From: Octopus sinensis
Taxonomy: Eukaryota
Direction: 5' to 3'
Assembly: GCF_006345805.1 (NCBI RefSeq)
Contig: NC_042999.1
Location: 135,780,001-135,844,000, forward strand
DNA length: 64,000 nucleotides
A program made the position numbers and the translations under genes. Under the pieces are notes generated by a model, which did not search any database, had not been told where the DNA came from, and saw only the letters and a list, made by a program, of their open reading frames with translations. Shown one piece after another: positions 26,030 through 37,150 of this stretch (the stretch's first letter is position 1; the number at the start of each line of letters is the position of its first letter).

Positions 26030-26468
26030 ACATTTTGGCACAAGGCCAGCAGCTTCAGGGAAGGGGATATGTCAATTATATCGACCCCAGCGCTCAATTG
26101 GTACTTACTTTGTTGACCCTGAAAGGATGAAAGGCAAAGTCACCCTTGGCAGAATATGAACCCAGAATGTAGTGGACTAAAGTTGCTAAGCATTCTGCTC
26201 AGTGTGCTAACAGTTCTGCCAGCTTGCTGCTTTACAAAGACATAATTATAATATGGGCTTCACATTTTGGCATGAGACCAGCAGCTTTGGGGAAGGGGTA
26301 AGCTGATTGCATTGACCTCAGTACTTAACTGGTACTTATTTTATCGACCCTGTAAAGATGAAAGGCAAGGTCAACCTTGGTGGAATTTGAAGTCAGAATG
26401 TAAAGATGGATGAAATACCACTAAGCATCTTGCCTGGCATGCTAACAATTCTGCCAGCTTGCCACCTA
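26030..26468 (-). mobile_element. Two adjacent decayed family A SINE copies
   Basis: Two successive CGACCC..GAAAGGCAA(A/G)GTC..GAATGTA..CTGCCAGCT bodies. Confidence 0.7.
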
Positions 26469-26969
26469 ACAAAGACAGTGTTATAATATTGAGACTTGAA
26501 AGCTGTTACACAAGGGCACTATGTAATGGTAAACTGTGTTATCCATAACAACTGGGCATCTATAAACTAGGTTCTTCTTAAGGCAGTGTTCATCTAACAG
26601 ATATTTATTAGAGTCCCTATGTTACAACTATTGTTGTTGTTGTTGTTGCTGCTGTTTTTCTTGTTTTTGTTGTTACTTCTAGTCATAAAATCATGCCTGT
26701 TGCTATTCTGCATATTGTTATTCATATCCTCATCACTATTATTTTTAATTCCACCCCTACTTTTATTGCTATTGACATTACTGTTGTGCTTATCCCTATT
26801 ATTGTTCTTTTTATTACTATCTTTATCACCATCTTGCTTTTTACGAGTTCTATTATGCTTATTGCTATTAGCATTGTTTCCAATATAATGTTTATGACCA
26901 CAACCACTGATATTATTATTATTTTGAATAGTGTTATTTCCATAATATGGAGAGTATACACACACAAAC

Positions 26970-27026
<57 letters not shown>

Positions 27027-27133
27027 CTCTCTTTCTCCATGTTATGGAAATGTTATGTTCTTGAAAATCTTGCAGTAATATGAGATTTCTTAATGCAAAA
27101 AGGGAGGACACCTGAGTATGAGATATATATATA

Positions 27134-27164
<31 letters not shown>

Positions 27165-27748
27165 ATGTATGTATGTATATAATTTTTTGCTTGTTTTAGT
27201 CATTGAACTGTGGCCATGCTGGAGCCTTAAAGAGTTAAGTTAAACAAATTAATTGCCCCACTACTATTTTAAGTCTGGTACTAATTCAACTGGTCTCTTC
27301 TGCCAAGCTTTTAAGTCACAGGGGTGTAAACAAACCGACACCTGTTGTCAAGTTGTGGTAGATGACAAACACAAGGATACATACATACATACATACATGC
27401 ATGCATACACACATGTAGATAAAGCTTACTTGGAAATGGATGTGTGGCGTTTGATCATATAATAATATAAATAATATATATATATAGATATGCATATATA
27501 CATACATATATGTACATACCTACATATATATGTATATATACATGCATATATGGGTACAGGATGTAAAAAAAATGTGAACAAAATGAAAAACGAGAATGTA
27601 AAAAAACTTCGAAACTGCAACCTAGGTCGCAGTTTCAAAGCGACGAAAATATTTTGGCAAATTAAATTTAAATGTTGAAGTGAATCTAATGGTTTTTGTG
27701 TGTTTCTTAAATGGCTTATAAACACCTTCCATGCTGCAATTGTTTTTT

Positions 27749-27792
<44 letters not shown>

Positions 27793-28095
27793 TGGAAACT
27801 GAAAATTTTGGAGTATTTTCCTATTTCTTGTTTCATTATACAAATAATATTTCTACAATTCTCAATTGTAATATATATTTTGAGCTAACATACAGCAGCA
27901 ACTGATACTACATATTGGATTGTAATAATGGAATAACCAGATGTGCTTCAAGGGGAAATGACTGAGATTTTGGGATTTACCCTACCCATATGTATATATA
28001 TATATATTTATTTGTCATGTTGAACCATTAATTCTTACATATATATTTTTCCTCTCTCTGCTTTTTCATACTCTCTCCATTTTTTCCTCTCAATC

Positions 28096-28131
28096 CTTTC
28101 TGTTGAAGAGTGTAGGCTCAAAACATCAAAG
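28096..28131 (+). ncRNA. CpG-decayed minimal hammerhead ribozyme relic
   Basis: CTTT-CTGTTGA-A-GAGT-GTAG-GCTC-AAAAC-ATC-AAAG. It restores to a minimal HHR with three CpG reversions plus one core change. Confidence 0.5.
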
Positions 28132-28220
28132 ACTTTTCCATTCTTCCCGAGTGTTAAACTAACACACCTGTTTATTGTTCCTTCACCTCTTTTTGTCTTT
28201 TGTTTTCTGTAAATTTGAAC

Positions 28221-28268
<48 letters not shown>

Positions 28269-30002
28269 TAGTTTACAGTTCTGTTAATGTAGGGTCAACA
28301 AAAAATGTACTTCATCAAGTTAGAGATGAGTATCATTTAATGTAGACTGTATTAACTCAAGAGTTACTAATAATTTTTTGCCATGATGACATGTGGCTAT
28401 GCAGGTTTTATAACACGCATTTTGTTTCCAATGAATATATTTGTTTCCTTGGAATATATTATGTATTGACATTAGTGTATTCAAGAAACAGAAAGAGCAG
28501 TCTCAGTATTAGGATGAAGTGATATATAATTTCTTGAATCTAAAATAAACTGAGTCTATTTTTGCTGGTCTTCGAGTGATTATTTAAAAATTGAACAATT
28601 ATTGAATGATTTGTTTTTGATGATTATTGAAAAATGGAATCACTTTTCAATAACTGTCCAAAGATCTGTAATGTGTTATTTGTAGTAATGATTTATGAAT
28701 TTTTAGCGTCCAATAATTATATATTCATCAATATAACCATCATCGTCATCATCATAATTTTTTTGTCTGATTTCCATGCTGATTAGACAAGTCATGTCAT
28801 CATGGTCTGATTCAGTTCTTATTCTGAATTACTACTTCAGAGGGGTTGGGGGTCCATGGATCCTTTGTATATTCCATTTTTGGCTCAGTTTCTACAGCTG
28901 GATTTTCCTAACATCGATCTCTTTACAGAGTGTATTGAGTGCACCATGACAGAATGTAGTCATGTATTTGAACTGGCTGAATGGTCCTCTTGAACCTATG
29001 TTGCCTCTTTTCACTAACCCCTTTACAGAGTACTGGGTGCATTCTATTGGGACACCAACATCAGTGAGTTTGTATATTGCCCTGAAAGACTAAAGGGTCC
29101 TCCCTAATCTAAGGTATTTCCATTCATTCAAAGTGATGTGACTGAGAGGATGAATAGAAGAGAGAGCTGTGATGAAAGAACCAGGATGAGTAGATGATGA
29201 AAAAAGCAAGAAACAGATGTAAGAAAAAGTGTTTAGGTATGAGAGTGATACAGCAGAATGGAAAAACAGGAATGCTTAGAATGGGAGGGTGGTAGAGAAG
29301 GGAGAGTCAGAGTAAAGAGAGTGATAGTAGCTACATGTTTATTGGGGAAAGAAATTGAATGATGGATAATAATAAAGGTAGATGAGGTGAAAGAGAATAA
29401 TGGGTGTCAATAACAAGTGACTAGAGGGAGAGTGAGTGATGGCTGGCAGCATAGAAAACATAATGGTAGAGTGTATGATGTGAACATGTCTCGTTTTTTA
29501 GTATAAGGAGTTGTAATGCAGACGTGGGGTTGATAGAACTTCATGCACATAAAATATTTGTCTCCTGATATGAGATCTTTCGTAGTTAACAAGACTAACT
29601 TTCAAAAACAGTGGAACTTTGACAACTATGTCACAATTTGATTTGCAGTTTTTTTCCCCTCAAAATGCAGACAATGATTTCAGATCTGCTTTTATTTATT
29701 ACATGTTACCAATTATCAGTGTTAAAACCTCAAACTGTTTCTTGTGATATCATGAAATCTCTTATTTCAGTTTGTGGTGGATATGTTTACCAACAAGTAA
29801 TTCACCATTAAATAATTGCTTTGGAAGCTTGAAATCATCAAATTTGATGATATGACTAATCCAATGCATATAATACTTGATAAGGTGAACTTCCATACTG
29901 AGAGAGCCTTCAATTTGTAACACTTCTAAGTCTAGTGTAAATGATTTTTAGCTGATGTTTAATATATGTCTTAATCACTTCTTGTGATATATTGTTTCTG
30001 CT

Positions 30003-30104
30003 CCTGACATCAAAGAGCATATCTGTAGTGCCTCTGTCACCTGACATCAAAGAGCATATCTGTAGTGCCTCTGTCACCTGACATCAAAGAGCATATCTGA
30101 AGTG
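30003..30104. repeat. 37-bp tandem repeat, ~2.7 copies
   Basis: CCTGACATCAAAGAGCATATCTGTAGTGCCTCTGTCA at 30003, 30040 and 30077. Confidence 0.9.
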
Positions 30105-31239
30105 CATCAGATGACCATGATGGGAAATATTTTTGTTTGCAAACAATTCAACAAGAATCATTGATGAACTAGTGAATCATTCCACACATTGAGAACCACA
30201 ACTTTGGAAAATAATAGGAAAATGCTTTAATATTATTATTATTTCTATAAAACTCCTCAATATGATCCACATTTCATTTTATTATTGATTTATTGATTTA
30301 TTCATAAGAAAAACATACAAGAAGCTTTACTCCTTTAATATTTATGTGTGTTAGGGCACTGGAGCCAGTTGAAATATTAACACACTAAATTAACTTTGTC
30401 TAGTTTAGTACCTTGCCTTTTTGAGTAAAATATCATGTTTGTTTCTTACAAAAACCTAATATTTCAGCTTCAGTATTATATAATTGTTATATGCATGTTA
30501 GCAATCTTAAGGCATGCTATTTATCATAGAAAATGCTGTTATAATAAGAAATGATGTTATCTACAAGAGAAAAAAATTGTTATTTATTTTAGAATATGTT
30601 AGCATCAATCATTTGACATGTTGTTGTCAATAGAACATTTTATCTATTTTGAACACGTTTACTATTATATTGTAGAACATGTAGCCTATTGCAGGACATC
30701 AGTCATCTGTTGTAGGGCATGTTTTATCTGTAAGAGATATTGTTTTCTCTCATAGAATATGTTCTTATATATCAAAAGACAATTTGCTGTCTACCATAGC
30801 CCATGTTGTTAGCTGATAAAGAACACATCTATAATAGGACATGTTACCTAGCATAGGACAAGTTAACTATCATCAGATACATTGCATATTATCTAAGATA
30901 GGACATACATATTATTATCCATCATAAGACTTGTTGTTATCAATCATAGAATGTAAAACATATTATCTACCATAAAACATTTTTGTTAGAGCATGTTATT
31001 TGTTGTCTGTCATAAAGAACAATCTCCAATGAGATATATTTACATTACAGGTGTAGGCATTGCTGTATGGTTTACTTCCCAACTATATAGTTTCAGGTTC
31101 AGACCCACTGTGTGGCATCTTGGCCAAATGTCTTCTGTTGTAGCACCTGAGCCAACCAAAGATTTGTGACTAGATTTAGCAGCTGGAAACTGAAAGAAGC
31201 CGGTCATTTACATGGAACATGAATATTAAATGATGAATA

Positions 31240-32870
31240 TATATCAGGTCATTAAGAATGAAATGTCTGATTTTGAACTGAAAGTTTATTTTACTTTATC
31301 TCAACAAAAATCAATGCAGTTAATCAAAGTATGCACCTAAATTATCAACACAATTTTGCCATTTTATCAGTGGCTTATTTATGCCAGTAGCAAAGAATTC
31401 TGGAGAGCAAGAGATTATGAAATCACGCCCATTCAAAGTACCTTGGATTTCATAACAACTCGCTATGCTTGAGGAGACCTATTGAGTCAAGTACATGAAC
31501 ATTGAAATAAATATCAATGGAAATAGTAGTTGTGATACCTGTGCTGGTGGCACATAAAAGGCACCATCCGAACGTGGCCGATGCCAGCAGCACCTTGACT
31601 GGCTACTGTGCTGGTGGCACATAAAAAGCACCATCTGAACGTGGCCGATGCCAGTGCCGCCTTGACTGGCTTCCGTGCTGGTGGCACGTTAAAAGCGCCA
31701 ACCAATCGTGGCCGCTGCCAGACAGCCCTGGCACCTGTGCCGGTGGCACGTTAAAAGTACCCACTACACTCATGGAGTGGTTGGCGTTAGGAAGGGCATC
31801 CAGCTGTAGAAACACTGCCAGATCAGACTGGAGCCTGGTGCAGCCTCTTGGTTTCTCAGACCCTGGTTGAACCGTCCAACCCGTGCTAGCGTGGAAAACG
31901 GACGTTAAACGATGATGATGATGATGATGATGATAGGGCTGTTTTTACATCTTGAGATTTGAAGTTTTTTCCTGGAAAAAGGTTGTCTAATGCCTGGAAA
32001 ACATGATAGTTAGTTGGTGCAAGGTATGGTAGATGACAGAGTACTTCGAAGTTCAGTTCCTGTAACTTGAGTAGCATTCTTTGTGCAATATGTGACCGAG
32101 AATTGTCTTGCAAGAGAATTGACCTGTCTCTACACTCATCATTTCATCCAATTGGTTGATGTATACATCCACTGTAATTGACTTACCAGGTCTCATGAAG
32201 CTGTCGGGGATGAAACCAGCACTGAACCACCAAATAGACACCATTAACTTTTTTTTGGCAAATATTCTTTTTGGATTGTGTTTTGGCTCTTTGTCTCTAT
32301 CAAATCACCATGCAGAATGCTTGCTATTGTTGAAAAGGATCCATTTTTCATCACAATACAATGCAAAAATGTTTTGCTTTTATGCTGTGACAGTAAAGAA
32401 CAGCAAGTTTCAAGATGATGTGTCATTTGATGCTTGTTCAGTTCATGTGGTACCCACTTGTCCAGCTTCTTTACCTTGCCGATTTGTTTCAGATGGTCCA
32501 ATATAGTTGGAATTGAAACATCAAGCCTTGCTGCTAACTCATGTGTAGTTTGAGATGTATCTGCTTCCACTACAGTTTCAAGTTTATCCTTATCTACCTC
32601 GGTCTCAGGTCTACAATGGGGCTGATTTTCAAGAGTAAAATCACGAGACCAGAACTTCTCAAACCCTCGATGTACAGTGTGCTCATTCACCACATCTCAA
32701 AATACCTCAATGATGTTTCGAGCTGTCTGGGATGCATTGGTTCCACAACAGAACACATATTAATAAACAACAAGAATTTTTTATCTATCCATGGGTTCAG
32801 CTGTCCCAACATGCTCTCATCTCACTCATGCAAAAATGGAAAAGTAAACATTTAAAACAACGTTATTGAT
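31240..32870 (-). mobile_element. mariner remnant (Hsmar1-like) split by a family C insertion
   Basis: EKFWSRDFTLENQPHCRP, WVPHELN and QDNSRSH..YLAPTNYHVFQALDN. It resumes beyond the insertion as DFIISCSPEFFATGINKPLIKWQNCVDNLGAYFD*. Confidence 0.88.
31430..31935 (+). mobile_element. Family C repeat inserted into the mariner
   Basis: Four GTGCTGGTGGCAC-type units, GGAAGGGCATCC, and a (GAT)n tail at ~31911-31935. Confidence 0.85.
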
Positions 32871-32914
32871 GATACACATATGCACAACACATGCACAAAC
32901 ACATAATACATACA

Positions 32915-32950
<36 letters not shown>

Positions 32951-32980
32951 TATATATACATGTACATATATGTATATATG

Positions 32981-33039
<59 letters not shown>

Positions 33040-33308
33040 AATATATATAATAATAAATATTAGGGAATAAATCCAAATTTACAAGGAAAAATCAGATTAT
33101 TTTATGTATTGGCTTAAGTCTTTCTTTGTTGATTTGCATAATAGTGGTTTTGTCTCTAATTTATTATAATATATATATATATATTGTATAGAGGGCATTA
33201 TTACACATAAATGCCTCACACTAAGAGGGACAAAGTCATTACTACCAAAATTATACTAATCATACCTAAATGCAGTTTTTCAAAGCAAGACATTTAAAAA
33301 ATGAATTT

Positions 33309-33366
33309 AGTTCTGTATCACCGTGATTTCACATTTAACTTACGTCTTATGATCATCAGCAGAACT
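33309..33366 (-). ncRNA. Type I hammerhead ribozyme motif
   Basis: AGUUCUG-CUGAUGA-[22-nt imperfect stem II]-GAAA-UCAC-G-GUGA-U-A-CAGAACU, with a 7-bp stem I and an AUA triplet. Confidence 0.75.
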
Positions 33367-33492
33367 GATTCTGAACACATCATAAATAAACTACCAACCT
33401 TATGTAGCGAAGACGAACAGACAACTGCTCACTCCGGCCAAGCACATGGAATGTTTATAAATCATATATCCGGTAAATATATATATATATGT

Positions 33493-33662
33493 GGAGGCAC
33501 AATGGCCCAGTGGTTAGGGCAGTAGACTCGCGGTCGTAGGATCGCGGTTTCGATTCCCAGACCGGCGTTGTAAGTGTTTATTTGAGCTAAAACACCTAAA
33601 AGCTCCACGAGGCTCCGGCAGGGGGTGGTGATCCCTGCTGTACTCTTTCACCACTCTTTCTC
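33493..33662 (+). mobile_element. tRNA-derived SINE family D, 5' part
   Basis: TGGCCCAGTGG and GGTTTCGATTCC boxes; the body matches 21434-21610. Confidence 0.8.
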
Positions 33663-33754
33663 AGCGGGGTGTACATATATATATATTATATATATATATA
33701 TATGTACATATATATATATATATATGTACATATATATACATATATATATATATG

Positions 33755-33807
<53 letters not shown>

Positions 33808-34172
33808 ATGTATATATATATATGTATATATAGGCATCTTAAGAGTCATTCAGAAATTCTATTAATGATCTTTTCATTAGTCCATGAGTAGATAGTGATT
33901 CCTCAGAGCAGAGACGGCATCTCCTGGAAATTATACTGTATGGTTTCACATACCTTACTATGGACCAAGTTATGCTGTACTTCATTTTATCCTCCTTCAG
34001 TCACCATACAAAACTGCCAAAGATGTTGAATTCTCTTATTGATTGTCTTAAAGCTGGCAATATGGTTATGATAACAATTCTTAAATGAATCAGCCATCTG
34101 CCCAATGTAAACATATGGACCTCCCCTTTTAAATTCTCATATATTTCATCTTCTGTCTTTCATTTGGCATAT

Positions 34173-34209
<37 letters not shown>

Positions 34210-34210
34210 T

Positions 34211-34287
34211 GTTCAGGACAATTGTTTCGATATTAATAAATTATGTAATTTTACTCACATAACATATCTGTAGCTCCTCAGCCGAAC
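34211..34287 (-). ncRNA. Type I hammerhead ribozyme motif with long stem II
   Basis: GUUCGG-CUGAGGA-G..(long insert)..C-GAAAC-AAUU-GUC-CUGAAC, with a 6-bp stem I, palindromic stem III and a GUC triplet. Confidence 0.7.
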
Positions 34288-34464
34288 CCGTCCAGAATAC
34301 AATTAGGTGCTGGAGTGGCTGTGTGGTAAGTAGCTTGCTTACCAACCACACAGTTCTGAGTTCAGTCCAACTGCATGTCACCTTGGCCAAGTGTCTTCTA
34401 TAGCCTCAGGCCGACCAAAGCCTTGTGACTGGATTTGGTAGACAGAAACTGAAAGAAGCCTGTC

Positions 34465-34499
<35 letters not shown>

Positions 34500-34507
<8 letters not shown>

Positions 34508-35700
34508 ACAGATTTTCTGAGATAAGATAAGTCATGAATTTCTTTTTAAAAAATATTGTTGAATTTTGTTTGACTGTTATTGTAAAAATATTGATTTCTA
34601 TTTGTATTTTGTTAATTATAAGTTACAATACGTATATTTATTTACTTATTATTATTATTGTTATTATCTTGTAATCTATAATCTTAACATATTACATATA
34701 ATTTACATTGGGAAATAGTTTTGTAAGACAAAATCTTATTGCATTGGTAGTAATTTTTTTGTTATATAATATTACATTTAAGTAAATATTTTTAATAATA
34801 ATTGAAACTTTGGTTAATTCTATAAATGAGTGAAATATTAAATCTATACATAACTTGAATTAATTATATAATAAGTTTAACTAATTTGTGTGTGTATATT
34901 TGAACCATTTTCTATTTTTAATTCTTGTGGTTATAGTTTGTAGTAGTATTATGTATATAAGCTAGCATGAAGTTTTTTAATATATATTATATAATTAGAT
35001 TAAGATTAAACTTAGATGTTCATTAAATAAATACATAAATAAATAATTTAATGGATATAGATTAAATTATAGTATTTTAGTTTCACTTAATGTATATAAT
35101 GTATATTATGTATTATATATATATGTATATATATATATATATATATTGTTTTAAATATTATATTTTAATTTTCCAGTAATGATATACTATAGTTTGTTAT
35201 TTTTTTCTTCTATAAGCTAAATATAGATTTTCATAGATAAAAAAATATTTCTATCTATTTATTCTAGTTTTATTTACACCACGTTTTAACGAGATAAATT
35301 TATTATAAACACTAAGTCCTAGGTATTAAGTTTAATGATTTAATTAACAGAATATATTCAATAAGATATTTCATGTTTTTATTTTAAGATATATTGTTGC
35401 ATTTTGTTTGGTTTTTATTGCAAAATTACGTATTTTTATACATTTATTTTTTCTTATAAGATAATATACGTACATTTATGTAATTATTTTATTGTTTTTA
35501 GCTTAGACCTGATGAGTGATTATATCTAAATTGAATTGATTTTATTGTTACCTTTTGAAAATATAGCCACGAAACACATATATACTATTTATTTATTATT
35601 TCATACTTTATTTAGTTCTAGGTAAATATTTTATCGTATCTTTAATTTTTTCTATATGGTATGATTTAAGTAAATCATTGTTGAATTGCTACATGGTGAT
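34500..35700 (+). mobile_element. Possible very decayed Penelope-like element remnant ending in an HHR-like core
   Basis: Extremely AT-rich and flanked by (TA)n. A frameshifted LHW..SFVRQNLIALV near 34705-34750 resembles the PLE RT-linker motif. CTGATGA-GTG..CAC-GAAAC lies at 35509-35575. Confidence 0.4.
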
Positions 35701-36849
35701 TCTTCTCTAATTTATATACATATAATATATTATATATGTGTGTGTGTGAATGTTTGTGTGTCTGTATTTGTCACCTAACATTGCTTCACATCTGATGCTG
35801 GAGTGTTTACATCCCCGTAACTTAGTGGTTTGGCAAAAGAGACCAATAGAATAAGCACTGGGCTTACAAAGAATAAGTCCTGGGGTCGATTTGCTTGACT
35901 AAAGGCAGTGTCGCAGCATGGGTATGGTCAAATGACAGTAAGAAGTAAAAGAATGAAAGAATATATACATATCATCATCATTTAGCATCCGCTTTCCATG
36001 CTAGCATGGGTTGGATGGTTCAACTGGGGTCTGGGAAGCCAGAAGGCTGCACCAGGTCCAGTCTGATCTGGCAATGTTTCTACGGCTGGATGTCCTTACT
36101 AGCGTCAACCACTCCGTGAATATGTATCCCAGATTCTAATAATGGTTTCAAATTTTGCCACCAGGGCAGCAATTTTGGGGGAGGGGATGAATTGATTACA
36201 TTGACCCCCGTGTTTAACTGGTACTTATTTGATCAACCCTGAAAGCATAAAAGGTGAAGTCAACCTTGGCAGAATTTGCACACAGAATGTAGCAACGGAC
36301 GAAATACCACTAAGCATTTTGTCCAGTGCACTGACAATTCCGCCAGTTTGCCACCTTATCCCAGGTTCGAATAATAGCAGTCACTGATTGCCTCCCCTAA
36401 CATTTATTTGCATGCTGATTCTTTTACAAAATATTCTTCCTCCTACTAACATGGAATGGAAGCTTATTATCATAGCATGAAAATGTAACATTATCACTAA
36501 CTACTTAAACATAATTAGAATAAGCAAAATCAGTCAGCTATATAAATATTTAATTTCATAAAAATATATAAATATATTTTGTCCAACATAAAATTTCTTT
36601 GCATTTTTCTTCTTTTTATATTTTTCACTACAATTCACTACTTGGAATTTTTTCTCGACCCTTTTCAATACCCCCCACCCCATGCACACACACAAATTCA
36701 TACACACACACACACACGTATATATATATAGAGAGAGGGAGTGAGAGAGAGAAAGGGTGTGTGTGAGAATGTGAAAGAGAGATGTAATGTGCTTTTGTAT
36801 AGTTCTTTGTGTTTGGCTCTCATCACTTGATGATCCATGTTATTTGGTT

Positions 36850-37150
36850 TAACTCTTAAATATCTTGTTTGTAATTTTGTCTCTCCCAACACCAGTGCTG
36901 ACTCCATTGCTGATACATTATTGCATGAGAAAAATGAATACATGCAAATAGATGTCTGTTCCCTTATAAATATTACATAAGCAGGCAAATATGTTATTTA
37001 TTTATATATTTGATATTACTTATTAAAATTTTTTCTAGTTTTCTGTTCTGTTTAGAGAGATTGATGAGGTCACAGACCAATTTATAATAACATATGAACT
37101 TAGAGATTTCAACAATTGTATATGGAGCCAACTTGAGAATCACAAATAAA
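36850..37150. repeat. Local duplication, copy 1 (copy 2 at ~38351-38680)
   Basis: TAACTCTTAAAT(A/G)TCTTGTT..CAAATAAAATTCTAGCTAACTG is shared at roughly 90% identity by eye. Confidence 0.9.

Noticed and set aside
26594-27111. Asn-rich and hydrophobic ORFs
   Set aside because: Derived from degenerate (TTG/TTA)n and (CA)n repeats.
34500-35700. Mitochondrial insertion (NUMT)
   Set aside because: AT-rich, but I recognised no mitochondrial protein, rRNA or tRNA motif. It is not formally excluded without BLAST.
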